Assembly (NCBI GenBank): GCA_951406725.2
Contig: OX597816.1
Coordinates: forward strand, 103,478,001 to 103,542,000
Length of the DNA stretch: 64,000 nt
Reading direction: 5' to 3'
Origin: Octopus vulgaris
Taxonomy: Eukaryota
In this document: in pieces, positions 10,687 to 23,059 of the stretch
How the letters are laid out: every line of letters begins with the position of its first letter
Numbering within the stretch: the first letter of the stretch is position 1
Made by a program: the position numbers and the translations under genes
The notes under the pieces: model-generated
The model's input: the letters and a program-made list of their open reading frames with translations, nothing else
What the model was told of the DNA's origin: nothing
Database searches by the model: none

Positions 10687-11884
10687 AACAACTACTGCTC
10701 TAATATAGCCAATCATGTCTGAAAGAAGACCAAAACATTGGCACTGATTTCTCGCAGACTTCTTGTGGGATGATAGTTTGGCTTTTATTTGGACTTTATA
10801 TTAGAACTATATGAGAACTGTTAGAGAAAAAGAGGGAGAGAAAGAGAGTGAGAGAGAAAGAGAATCATGTCATGGTTACTAATTAATGGATATATATGTT
10901 TGTATGTGTGTGTATGTATGTGTATATATATATATGTATATATACATGTGATTTTTATGGGGCATATATTTGCATGTATTTATTTCCAGTACTCTTTTTT
11001 TCTCTTTGTCTCCTCTATCTCTGACTGTCAGTCTGTCTCTGTATATTGTACATAAATACACACACACACACACACACACATGATATGCACACATACATCA
11101 GCTTGCTCTCTGATTAACAGAAAATCCAATGATAGAATTTCTTTGGTTTTTATATTTTTGTTTGTAAAATGAGGTGATGGACAAGCATGACTTCACAGCT
11201 AATGTTATAGTGCTTATGTCACACATGGTGGGTGGACAGTGTCAGAGACAAGATATATTGATTCCAGACACATTTGTAACACATCGTATTTTGTGTACTT
11301 GTAACACAGTCCATTCATTTGGATATATTATATTCTTCTAGTCTAAGAATAAATAGACAAATAAATAAATAAATATATAAATAAATAAATAAATAAATAA
11401 ACATAAAATTAATGGAATGAAATAAAAGATGGAAAATAAAGATACAATGTAAATATGTAAAATTATAATATGATATTACTTCTGTCATAGATGTGACATG
11501 TCTAATTTTATTTTCAGATAGAGAAGTCTTCTGATGTCAAACTAGCAACCTAGTAAAGAAAACTGAATTTGTCTGTAATATCTACAGTGTTGCCTCATAA
11601 TATTGATTAATCATAGGAAATTAAAGGATTAAAAAATATATATAAAAAAAGGCAAAAGAAAAATAGAAAGAGAAATGGTAATTCTTCCTAATTTTGGCAC
11701 AACCCAGTAATTTTAAGGGGAAGTGTGATAAGTTGATTACATTCAAACTTATTTTATCAATTGCAGAAGGATGTAAGGCAAAACTAACTTTTGCAGATTT
11801 TGAACTCGGAATGTAGTGAGTCAGAAAAAATACTGTAAAGAAATTTTCTCCAATTCTTTGACCCTTTAGCATACAGAATATTGC

Positions 11885-12067
11885 CAGCCACTAAGGGACA
11901 TTCTCAAATGGTTATGGTCAAGCAACTGACAAGCAAATCTGTGGTATTGAGTAGAACATTTTCTGTAGCCCGTCTTTTGTACCAAGACAAAACAATGTAC
12001 ATGATAATACTTCCAATCAGTTAAGATCAGAAGTCATGGGAGAAAGTACCTGGTACTCCATTAAGGC

Positions 12068-12068
<1 letters not shown>
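11885..12068. mobile_element. Unclassified interspersed repeat abutting (ATT)n (partial copy of 23060-23601)
   Basis: CAGCCACTAAGGGACAT...AAGCAAATCTGTGGTATTGAG...CCAATCAGTTAAGATCAGAAG is shared with 23430-23600. Followed directly by (ATT)n. Confidence 0.8.
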
Positions 12069-12109
<41 letters not shown>

Positions 12110-12479
12110 GATGATGATGATGAACAACAAAATAATAATGATGAAGAAATCAACATTAACAACAATCAATGAAATCACAAGCAATAATTTGCATTTAGTT
12201 GGATGGCTTTAGTTAATCAAATTAAAATACTCCACATAAGTGTTAAAGCAATGAACTGTGGGATAATGATGCAAAAACGAAAAAAACAAAAACCAAAATG
12301 TAGTCTTACATGGTTCTTTTTGCTACTCTGAGTGCTGCTGTTGCTGCTACTGTTTTAATTTTTTTTTATCTTCCTCTGTTTGTAGAATAATTAAGTGAAA
12401 TATCTTTTTCATTGTTTTTACCTCTTACTATAGTGATTTATGATTTGTTGGTTGTTGTTGTTGTTGTTGTTGTTGTCAT

Positions 12480-12690
12480 TGTTGTTTAGTTCCAAGTCAG
12501 CTCTGATTGAGCAGATCTATGTGTAAAAGTATTCCAGCTATAATCATCATGCCTTGTTCCTCTCTGCAGGGTATTGCAAACCACATTATCTAATGTCTAT
12601 ATTTCAATGTGTACAAGATGGCAGTGTGTGGTTTGAGGGAAATATTGATATTATTTCTAGTCAGTCAAGCAACCACTTACAAGCTCCTTC
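12480..12690 (+). repeat. Interspersed repeat family E (representative copy)
   Basis: Motifs GTTTAG..CCAAGTCAGCTCTGATTGAGCAGATCTATG...ATTCCAGC...ACATTATC...GAGGGA.ATT...TATTTCTAG recur at about 9530, 40770, 40980, 44850, 48480, 49430 and 61200, and reversed at about 1215-1440 and 33450-33595. Confidence 0.7.
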
Positions 12691-13027
12691 ATTGAATTGT
12701 GATAAGAAGTTGGCTGGCTGAAATAATAAGGCATCATATGTTTCTTAGTTTTAGTTCAAGGGGATGAGCTGAGTGAATCATTAGTGCATTGAACAAAATA
12801 CTCAGCAGTATTTCTTCTGACTCCTTACATTCTGAGCTCAAATCCCATTAAAGTCAATTTTGCTTTTCATCCTCTGAGAATCAAGAGAATTCAAAGCAAA
12901 GTTAGAAAGAATATTTCTTAGTTTTGGTGAAAAGAGAAAAAGGAATAAAATAAAGAAAGAAATTAAGAGGAAAATAACCTGAAGTTTCCTTCCTCCTCTT
13001 TAAGCAGGGAATAAACAAAGTCATTAA

Positions 13028-13252
13028 CCCTTTCTTTCATTACTGTATTTATTTTGAGATGCTCTGTTTTTCTTTCAATTATTTTTGATATAACAAAGAA
13101 TTTAGTAAAATGACTTAGTTATCATTAAGCTAGTGTTAGAAACATAAATTGTGACTAATGTTTGGCAGAAGATTTTAATTCAGAACTTTTGAAAACAAGA
13201 CACTTGTGCTACAGAGTTAGAGCCGGTTTCAGCTGGGTTGGTAACAAAAGGG
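13028..13252. mobile_element. piggyBac-like MITE
   Basis: TTAA|CCCTTT.. at the left end (TTAA 13024-13027) and ..GGTAACAAAAGGG at the right end. CCC/GGG termini with TTAA are piggyBac hallmarks. Right TSD decayed (CCAA). Confidence 0.55.
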
Positions 13253-13669
13253 CCAATGAACTGGATAAATACCATGCAGTATTTGCAGCTTGCTGCACCC
13301 TGATTTAAAATATCACAGAAGTCAGCTTTGTCTTTCATCTTTTTGGCTTCGATTAAATAAAGAACCAACTCTTTGTGGTGGATTGGTGGAGTTGTGGGAG
13401 CTTCATGTGAGATGTCTTATGGTACTTATTCTGACTTTCAGTGTTCCTCTGTTTTGAATGGTAGACTTTATCAATAATTCTGTTTGACATCATCATCTGA
13501 CACCCTGGATGTCCTTTAGTGAAGTTCACTCTATTGCAAGAATTCAAACCAGGTCTCTAATTTTAGGATATCTTCATCCTTCAATCCCTCCACTCTTGGA
13601 GGTCCTGAAAAAAGTTTTAAAGGATCATGGAAGTTATAATTCCCTCTTTGACTAGAAAAGAAGACTAAG

Positions 13670-13830
13670 TGCAGGTATGACTGTGTGGTTAAGAAATTCA
13701 CTTCCCAACCACTTGGTTTCAGGTTCAGTCCTAGTACTTGGGATCTTGGACAAAGTGTCTTCTAATATAGTCTAAGGATAATCAAAACTTTTTGAGTGAA
13801 TTTGGTTGACAGACACTTTTAAAGAAGCCT

Positions 13831-13887
<57 letters not shown>

Positions 13888-14140
13888 ATGTTTGTAGCTC
13901 CTTGTCTTGACATCAGAGAATGGTTATAAATGAGTGTCACTACCATACAAGTGCTGTCTCTTATTTCCAGTCTTCTTCGAAAATATGTCCAATCATGGGG
14001 AATTATTGCCTTGCTTGGAAGGCTGTATGCCCTTCCTGTTGCCAGCAGGAAAATCTGCCTCAACAAATTCTGTCTGATCCATACAAGCATAGAAAATGGA
14101 CATTAAAAAGATGATGATGATGTTGATGATGATGATGATG
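13670..14140 (+). mobile_element. SINE family A with RTE-like 3' tail
   Basis: Head GTGCAGGTATGACTGTGTGGTTAAG..GGTTCAGTCC (A/B boxes), internal (TG)n, and tail AGCATAGAAAATGGACATTAAAAAGATGATGATG similar to the RTE 3' end at 20368-20403. Confidence 0.8.
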
Positions 14141-15162
14141 AAGATGATGTCAATGTGGTTTTGATGTTCAGCTTCAAGTTATGTGGATTGATGTAAATAA
14201 GATAATGCAGGGATATTGGTGGGAAGTGTTTCAAGTGGTTACAATTCATAGAGAGAAAGGTTGAAAGAAAATAATTAATTCAGAGCATTATTAGGGAGTG
14301 ATTGGTATAATGCATGAATTAGTGTATTGGTGCCAGATTTAGATCTGGTGAGGTCTTTAGTCATAAAATGCTTGAAGGCCTTGTGTTGAAACATAAAAAC
14401 CAGAAAGTCTCACAAAAACAGGAATTACTTTTGTCTTTGTCATCATTGTCATCTTCGTTATCATAGCCAGCATCAGCATCATCATCATTGTTATCGTTAT
14501 CAATATCATCATCCTCATCGTCGTCATCGTCATCACCATTTTAACATCCACTTGAAACATAAAATCAGAAAGTTTCACAAAAACAGGAATTACCCTCTTC
14601 ATTGTCGTCATTTTCAGACTTTCTCTTAGTCATAAATCCTTTTAAATAGTAGCTTCCAATATCTCTGACTTCTACGCTTTACAACTCACTACCATCATTT
14701 TGTTTTCCTTTGCTCTATGATATTCATTTAACAACTTCTGAATTTGCAGTCTCCTTTTTTTCTTCTTTGTAGTCCCTTACACTAGTATGGCCTCAAGCTT
14801 TGTTTGACAGAAAATCACATATATAAAAAAAACCACTCCAAAACGTTTTCCATGTAGTATCCCAAAATATAATAGACTTTAAAAAAAATTCATCTGAATC
14901 TTCTTTTCTCTGTATCTCCTTCATTTAAACTTACCAATGACATTTCTCTTTTTACATCACAATATTTATGCTTTTCTGTTTTTTCATTTACTTAGTTTCA
15001 ATTCTAAACAATTTTCTAATCTACAGTCCTTAAAATTTGTTCTGTTTGTATCACCTCTCTACACATATTCAAATTTAATACTTTTCTTTCAGCCATTTTT
15101 TCCCTGTGTCGATGGTCCAGATGTTTGTTGGAGCAAATAATTTTAGAACCTGCTTTATTTTA

Positions 15163-16425
15163 TAGGGTTGGCCAAAAATTCCAATTGGCCAAAGTCATTA
15201 GAAGTCCAAAAGTCAACACTTAACTTTAAGCTGTCTAATAAGTAACTAACTATAGTCTGTCTCTTGCACATATGCACTTGTTGAATACTTGACAATATAG
15301 TTAAATGGGAACTTGCAATAAGACAGATTGTACTTTGTGCCCTTGGGTTCACCTTGAAAATGGAGAACCAAAATTAATATTATTAACGCCTCATACTTTT
15401 TTTTATTTTAAAAAGGATAAGAAAGCAGTAGAAAGCTGGAGAAATATATATGCTATGTACAGAGAGAATGCTATTATGGAAGGTTGTGCCAGGAGTGGTT
15501 TCCATTGTTTTGATTGAGAAATTTTGTTGGTTTAAGATGTACTTCAATCTGGTTGGCCAACTGAGATCAACAGTGGTGACAAAATGAAGGAGTTAATCAA
15601 CATTAATCCCCATTATACAACCAAGATGATAGCAGATATTCTCCAAATATACAAATGGAAGGTTGAAAACCACCTGCATCAACATGATTATGTTTGGGTC
15701 CCGCATCAATTGAATGAGGTTAATCTCACTCTATGATTTCCATCAATGACTTTTGCAGAAATGGGAAGAAAATATCCATTTTTTGAAGAATATGGTGGCT
15801 GGAGGCAAAAAAAAAATGTGAAGCACAGTGAATTAGAGGGAAATGTGGTGAACTACCACAAACCACTTCCAAAGTAGGACTTCACTCTAAAAAGATTATA
15901 CTTTCAATTTGGTTGGATTGGAAGGGTATTGTCCTTTTATGAACTTCTTTTCAGGACAGGACCATCAATTTGGATGAGTACTGTAACCAGCTGGACAAAT
16001 TAAATGCAGTGATCCACCAGAAGTGCCCAACACTTACTAACCATAAGGGCAACAATGTCAAACTGCACACTCCTTTGCAGTTGTGGAAGAAGTTACTGGG
16101 GCTTGGCTGGGAAGATTTGCCACACCTTCCATATTCACCTGACCTTGCACCTTTAGATTCTCACCTATTTTGATCTCTTCAAAGTTCATTGAATGGAATG
16201 ACATTCTACTCTGAAAAGGATGTAAAAATTCCCCTAGAAGAGTTTTTCACCAGTAAAGGTAGGAAATTCTCTGAGCAGGTAATAAAAGATTTACCCACAG
16301 ATGACAGAAGAAACTGAAACAAAACAGGAACTGTACCATTGATTGAATAAATTGCTTTGTGTTTAAAATGTGTTTCTTATTTTCATTTAAAAAATACTAT
16401 ACAAACCTCTTTATGGCCAACCCAT
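15163..16425 (+). mobile_element. Near full-length mariner transposon (about 1.26 kb), transposase pseudogenised, mellifera-subfamily-like
   Basis: TIRs TA|TAGGGTTGGCCAAAA (15161-) and TTATGGCCAACCCA (16411-16424). N-terminus MENQ..FYFKKDKKAVESWRNIYAMY; WVPHQL (about 15695); C-terminal GWEDLPHLPYSPDLAPLDSHLF (mariner YSPDLAP motif). Multiple stops and frameshifts. Confidence 0.93.
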
Positions 16426-17289
16426 GCAGCGTCAGGTGCATTGCTCAGGAGCACAATACAATGTCTTTAGTAAGACCTGAAGATTTGAGCTCAGGTTTGT
16501 AGTCTAGCATCTCATTTTTGCAGCCATCCATCTTCATTTATATGAAGTATCTCATGTTTCCACAAGATTATTAAACATTAAAAAAACATATGATAATAAT
16601 ACAGCGAATACTACTTCAGCAAACTGATGATTCAGTGAACCAAAATAGTTTGGTGTTTTATCCTACTGCCCTACAATTTAAAAATATATCAATATCTTCT
16701 CCTCCAGTTAACACACAGAGCAACAAATACACTAAATTCAGCTGACCAACTTTGACCGGCCTTATGTTCAAGCTTTTGAAATGTTCTGTTTGCTAAGACT
16801 CACTGATACTAATCAACTATGAAGCCAATTTGAAAAGTAAATATTATTTTCTAAATCTAATTCACTAATTCCAATAGAGCATGGAAGATTATTGATTGAT
16901 CTACATTACTGATTAAGCTGATGGTCTGTTACTTAGCAAATATATTTTATCTATGTAAGTACATTATGAAGAATATGTGTAGTGTGTGTGTGTGGAGGGA
17001 GTGTACTTTAGAATTGTATGCATTGCTATGATTAGCGTTTTAATACTAAATTGATGGAAGTATCATATTTCTTGTGTTACGTTCAAATCATTTTTGCTAT
17101 GCTAACTTAGAAACTGAAGTAAAGTATATCTCCAGTAGTTATAAAATCATGTTACTGGGTTATGTACATAAATTAACAGGTGATTAAGTAAAAGTAGATT
17201 TCACTCCAAGAGCACAACATAATTTGAGAACTTTTTCTACGGTTGCTGATAAAGTAGCAACAAACATTTTCCCTTCAACAAGCTACTCA

Positions 17290-17472
17290 TGTTGCTTCCA
17301 GTTAAGCATACTCTGATGCAGATGATACAAACCTTCATTCTAATAACTTTCACATACCATCACCATCCACATGAAGCTTTGATATCTTATGCTTGACCTA
17401 CTGTTTCAATAAACCAGGACTTTTGAAAATATCTTCCAATGAGGGTATGATATCCTGTTTCCTTCAATACTA
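17290..17472 (+). mobile_element. Old CR1/L2-type LINE RT fragment interrupted by a SINE
   Basis: TACTCTGATGCAGATGATACAAACCTTCATTCT encodes YSDADDTNLHS (YADDT-like motif). Later VSFNT continues after the SINE as IKT. Confidence 0.45.
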
Positions 17473-17635
17473 GGTGCAGGAGTGGCTATGTGGTAAGTAG
17501 CTTATTTACCAGCCACGTGGTTCCGGGTTCAGTCCCATTGCATGGCACCTTGGGCAAATGTCTCCTACTATAGCCTCAGGCCAACCAAAGCTTTGTGAGT
17601 GGATTTGGTAGACAGAAACTGAAAGAAGCCCGTCG

Positions 17636-17697
<62 letters not shown>

Positions 17698-17894
17698 TCT
17701 TTGTTTGTCTCCCCAACATCGCTTGACAACTAATGCTGGTGTGTTTATGTCCCCGTAACTTAGCGGTTCGGCAAAAGAGACTGATAGAATAAGTACTTAG
17801 CTTACAAAGAATAAGTCCTGGGGTAGATTTGCTCGACTAAAGGCAGTGCTCCAGCATGGCCACAGTCAAATGGCTGAAACAGGTAAAAGAGTAA
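17473..17894 (+). mobile_element. tRNA-derived SINE family A, full-length, 7-bp TSD
   Basis: Head GGTGCAGGAGTGGCTATGTGGTAAG (A box) and GGTTCAGTCC (B box), internal (TA)(TG)n, tail GAAACAGGTAAAAGAGTAAAA. TSD AATACTA at 17466-17472 and 17895-17901. Confidence 0.92.
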
Positions 17895-18704
17895 AATACT
17901 ATCAAAACACTGATATCAAACCTGGCAAGAACATACTTATGCTACTAAATCTCTTTTACACATTAGTATGTTACGTCTAAAACTTTTAACAAACTTTTTG
18001 AAAAATACTAGAATTCACAATCTCTGGTGATCTCTTGATGTTGCCACATAAAAAGAAACAAGAGAAAGAGCACTACCTAAGAATCTTTTTTATGGGGTAA
18101 ATGGGGAAAGAGAAACATCTTGATATCCTCTGACTGGATACTTGATGTGAGTGTTGCAACAGAGTAGACTCCACTACAAGCTCTCAGGACAAAGTGGTAA
18201 TGTTAAACCAAGCAATAGATTATGCATTATCTCCCAAGAACAAAAACAGTTTATCCTTCAAGCTTCTGCGCAGTTTCTATTTACCCAAATTTATTTACAA
18301 GGCTTGAATTTCAAGTTAGGATAAAAAGACCCAACACAGATAAAACCCATAATCATGTGATGACAAAGAAAACTTATTAACAGAATTATAGGTGGGTTGT
18401 CAGAGAAAATAGATTTTGTGCATGGCAGATACACAGCTGCTAAGTACAAGGGGGCCCAGGAACAGGAGATGCAGGTGGTGCACTCACATCTCCCAAAATT
18501 TTTTGTGGGTGCAAAATCAAAATTTGTAACCTCTACATACTTTGCTTGGTTTAGAAAATAGTATCTAAAAATTAATCTGTAAAATGTTCTTGATGTTAGG
18601 TTTCATCTCAAAACAAGAACAAAGGACAAAAATAAATAAATAAATAAAGAGTCCAAAATGTCAACTGATGAAGCTGGTCATAAAATTTCCAAGGGAATTC
18701 ACTA

Positions 18705-20403
18705 CTGAACTAAAGCAGCATCGAGGGTTGGCAACAAATACAGTGAAGAATTTTGGGTAGGAGTAGGGGTCCACCAAGGATCAGTTCTCACCCCCCTCTT
18801 ATTCATCATAGTCTTCCAGGTAATAACAGAAATTCAAGACAGGATGCCTTTGGGAGCTCCTCTATGCTGATGACCTTGCTCTAGTTGCTGAGTCACTATC
18901 AGAACTAGAGAAAAAGTTTCAGGTGTGGAAGCAAGGATTAGAATCGAAGGGCCTTAGAGTCAACCTAGCTAAACCAAAGTCTTAATAAGTAGGAAGAAAG
19001 ACAAACCACAAATCTCTTCAGGTAGATGGCCCAGCTCAATCTTTAGAAAAGGCATCAGTAGAAACTCCATAAGATGTACTCAGTGTAAGCTGTGGACACA
19101 TAAGAGGTGCAGCAATATCAAAGGGAGGCTAACTGGGAATATGGTTTTTATATGTGGTAAATGCTCAGGAGCAATAAACACTGAAAATGTGCAGAGTACA
19201 GCTTCTGTTACGTTCTAGGGAGAAAAACTACAAGTAGTTGATAGCTTCCATTACCTAGAAGACCAAATCAGTAGCAGAGGTGGGTGCTCTGAAAATGTAA
19301 CTGGTAGAATAAGAATAGCCTGAGCAAAGTTCAGAGAGCTCCTACCTCAGCTGGTGACAAAAGGGCCTCTCGCTCAAAGCAAAAGGTAGACTGTATGATG
19401 CATGTGTACAAACAGCCATGCTACATGGCAGTGACACATGGGCCGTGACTGTCGAGGACATGCGTAAGCTTGCAAAGAACGCAGCCAGTATGCTCTGCTG
19501 GATGTGTAATGTCAGTATGCATACATGACAGAGTGTAAGTGCTCTGAGAGAAAAGTTGGATTTAAGAAGCATCACATGTGGTGTACAAGAGAGACGACTG
19601 CGCTGGTATGGTCATGTGTTGTGAATGAATGAGGACAGCTGTGTGAAAAAGTGTCACACTCTAGCAGTTGAGGGAACTTGTGGAAGAGGAAGACCTGGGA
19701 TGAGGTGGTGAAGCATGACCTTCAAACATTGGACCTTACCAAGGCAATGACTAGTGACCAAGACCTTTGGAGATATGCTGTGCTTGAGAAGACCTGACAA
19801 GCCAAGTGAGACCATAACCATTGACTTATGCCAGTGGGTGTAACTAGCCCACTTATAAGTACCCCTCATTCATTGGACAATATACTTTGCTTGTGAAGAC
19901 CTGTTGAGGCAAGTGAAATCAAAATCAAAATCGCTGATGTGGCCAATGACAGTACCGCCTGATTGGCACTGGTGCCAATGGAATGTTAAAAGCACCATCC
20001 AAGTGTGATCGTTATTGGCTTATTGGCTCCCATGCCGGTGACATGTAAAATGCACAATTTGAGTGTGGTCATTGCCAGTGTCGCCTTACTAGTACATGTG
20101 CCGGTGGCACATGGAAAACAACATTTGAGCGTGGTCGTTGCCAGTGCTGCTGGACTGGCTCCTGTGCAGATAGCATGTAAAAAACACCTTCTGAGTGTGG
20201 TCGTTGCCAGAATTGCCTGACTGGCCCTCGTGCCAGTGGCAGGTAAAAGCACCCTCTACACTCCCGGAGCGGTTGGCGTTTGGAAGGGCATCCAGCTGTT
20301 GAAACTTTGCCAGATCATATTGGAGCCTGGTGCAGCCCTCTGGCTCTCAGTCCTCAATCAAACTGCCAGCATGGAAAGCGACATTAAACGACACTGATGA
20401 TAA
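18705..20403 (+). mobile_element. 5'-truncated RTE-clade LINE (RT C-terminal half plus 3' UTR), pseudogenised
   Basis: RVGNKYSEEFWVGVGVHQGSVLTPLLF; WELLYADDLALVAES (YADD 18863-18874); GLESKGLRVN; RRLRWYGHV; RGRP. The 3' UTR carries tandem repeats and a GGAAGGGCATCCAGCTG...CATGGAAAGCGACATTAAACGACACTGATGAT tail. Confidence 0.95.
19985..20255 (+). repeat. Degenerate 60-68 bp tandem array in the RTE 3' UTR
   Basis: About four units, each AAAA..CA..TTGAGTGTGGTCGTTGCCAG..ACTGGC..GTGCC.GTGGCA.GT. A related array is seen reversed at 63610-63790. Confidence 0.8.
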
Positions 20404-22374
20404 CTATATATATATATAATAATTAATATTAATATTAGGGAAGTTATTTCTGACTCCACAGGGGCAAGAAGTTCAATTTACTGGTACTAAAATGAATTAC
20501 TCACTGTATTATATACATATATATAGATAGGTTTAAGAGACAGAATCACCCTCAAGCAACTCATCATTGAACGACATTATCCATAATAGGTACATATTGG
20601 ACTAAATATTAAAATTATGAAAATTAATACCCACAATTCTCATTCCAAATTATCAAAATTAATACCTTCAATTCTTATTCCAAATCATATACTTTATATT
20701 ATACAGACTACGTGCGTTTCATGATAACATATTCCTCAATATTGCTGAAATAGAATGTCTCTATACAATACCATATTAAAATGATTATATTGCCAATCTT
20801 CAAGTCTAGATTATATGTACTTATTTTGCTATTTACATCCTATATAAAGACATGACAAACTAAAATTATATAACTAGAAGTTGTTGGAATAATTTTACTT
20901 TAGCAAATAATGAACAGAAATGTGGAATAAAAGTAGGAAAATGAAATGTTAGTAAAAAGAAATGTCAACTTATTTGTATAGTAATTTTCTCTCCACGAAT
21001 TAAACATGGCTACCAGCATTCGTATAATCCAACATTGAGAGCTACTGTGTATGTGTGTATGGGTGTGTGTGCGTATGTGTTATCTAGGCTGCATATGGAT
21101 GATTGGTGCTTGTGGAAGGGTTGAATCATCCACATGAGACTATGCATTGTTTGGGTATGACAGGAATGATAAAATGATATTCCATGTCTTAATGTAATAA
21201 AATTAGTTTTTGCTCATCCAGTCATTATTGATCCACTGCCAGATGCAACCTCTGTATACTGTTGTTGACTTATTTATGCTGGTTGTAGGCCTACTTCTGC
21301 CTAGTGGTAAATTGTAGATTAGACACATTACTCCTGTGATTAGGCATTTAGTCTTTGCACTTTGTAATTAAGCAGGATTTGGACTCAGAACACAAAATGC
21401 TGAAACAGCTATTACAAGAAAGCTCATTTTATACTCCAGGAATTCTACCAATCAACTATACTGGATTGATGCTTTATTTATTGACCATGGAAGGATGGAA
21501 AGTAAAGGTGACTTTGATGACATTTGAACTCAGAGAATTGAGAGCCAGAAAGCCAGAATAGTTACTGCAAGGTATTCTTTCTGAATCTGTAATGTGGTAT
21601 TTTGAAATTGAAGTTTTCTGGAACTCGAAGGCTCCAAGAAAGATTGCTTTTTTTTTTTTTGTTTAACTCTGTATTTGTAATTTAATTGCACACACAAGGC
21701 ATATTCAAAATACTGGCATCTCCATTTAGTAAAGAGACCCCTAGAGAGGTAAAAAATGACCTCTTTATAGGGAATTGTAGGGTAATTTGGTCTGAACAAG
21801 GTCTTGCTTTAGCTGAATTTTCTGAAACCCTCTTTGTGAGGTTCAATGGATTCAGTGTTCCCAAAGCTTTGAAAACCATTTTTAGGATTTGTTTAAAAAG
21901 AATTAATAATGATATGCTATAATTTTCATGTCAGTAATGTATTTCAAGAGTTCTGCTAGAGCAAAATGGTTGGGATTCATAATAATGATTCCGCAAGTTT
22001 GCCATCTATAATATAATGCAAAATGATATTCTGTATTTGATGTGAGGAAATTATGTTCGTTATCATAATGTAATAAGAAGATATTCTGTATATTAATGTG
22101 ATAAAATAATATTCTGTATTGAATTCTGTATTGATATTCTGCTCAGTATATCAGTAACATGCCTCTAATTTCATGTATTATATTCATTTTCTCCCTCCCA
22201 GTCATGATGGTACATTTACATCCAGCATACATTATCTACACATATTGTATAGTTTTGCCAGTGTTGTAAGCTTGTTGGATTTTATCAGTCAATGCTTCTC
22301 AAAGTCTAAAACAAAAATTTGATGTTTGTTTATAAAAGTTTTATATTATTATCATTCAAAGGCCATTATATGCC

Positions 22375-22429
<55 letters not shown>

Positions 22430-22724
22430 TTCAGTAGTTTTATTTTTATAGTGTGCTTTCACTTCACTACCGAGTGCAGCTCTGTGTGCCTTAGGTATGT
22501 GCTGTGATTTATTGTGATGCTCTGATGGTTATTGTATGGAAAGTGTTCTGCGTAGGATGTGTGCAATGCCTAGTAGTTCAATTTTCTGTATGTTATATGT
22601 GTTTGTAAGTCCTGGTGTTTTTGTTATGTATTTGTCTGAATATTTTTTTATCATGCCTAATGCACCTACTATGATAGGAATTGTTTCTGTTTTTAGATTC
22701 CACATTCTGGTTACCTCTATTTCC

Positions 22725-22727
<3 letters not shown>
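22430..22727 (-). mobile_element. 5'-truncated Dong/R4-type (RLE) non-LTR retrotransposon 3' end inserted in (TAA)n
   Basis: Minus-strand frame LEIEVTRMWNLKTETIPIIVGALGMIKKYSDKYITKTPGLTNTYNIQKIELLGIAHILRRTLSIQ*, the typical C-terminus of R4/Dong RLE ORFs, then a short 3' UTR. (ATT)n on both sides (about 22375-22429 and 22728-22797). Confidence 0.85.
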
Positions 22728-22797
<70 letters not shown>

Positions 22798-22798
<1 letters not shown>

Positions 22799-23012
22799 GG
22801 TGGTGAGCTGGCAGAATTGTTAGCATGCTGGACAAAATGGTCACTGGCATTTTGTCTGTCCTTACATTCTGAGTTCAAATTCTGCTATGATCGACTTTGC
22901 CTTTCCTCCTTTCAGCATCGATAAAATAAGTACCAGTTGAGTACTGGGGTTAATGTAATCGACTAGTCCCCTTCCCTAAAATTTCAGGCCTTGCACCTTT
23001 AGTAGAGAGGAA
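22798..23012 (+). mobile_element. tRNA-derived SINE family B, full-length
   Basis: Head GGTGGTGAGCTGGCAGAATTGTTAGC, B box GAGTTCAAATTC, central ACTTTGCCTTTC.TCCTTTC....TCGATAAAATAAGTACCAG, (ATT)n tail. Other copies at about 8465, 12765, 43447 and 58010 (+); 8885, 11690, 27640, 31250, 45341, 45672 and 50880 (-). Confidence 0.9.
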
Positions 23013-23058
<46 letters not shown>

Positions 23059-23059
23059 G

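Noticed and set aside
11518-11553. Plus-strand terminal exon after ttttattttcAG (IEKSSDVKLAT*)
   Set aside because: The acceptor-like sequence is common in AT-rich DNA; no partner exons or recognisable product.
21680-21900. Possible Penelope RT C-terminal remnant (KRVSENSAK...DQ)
   Set aside because: Similarity too short and degenerate to support by eye.
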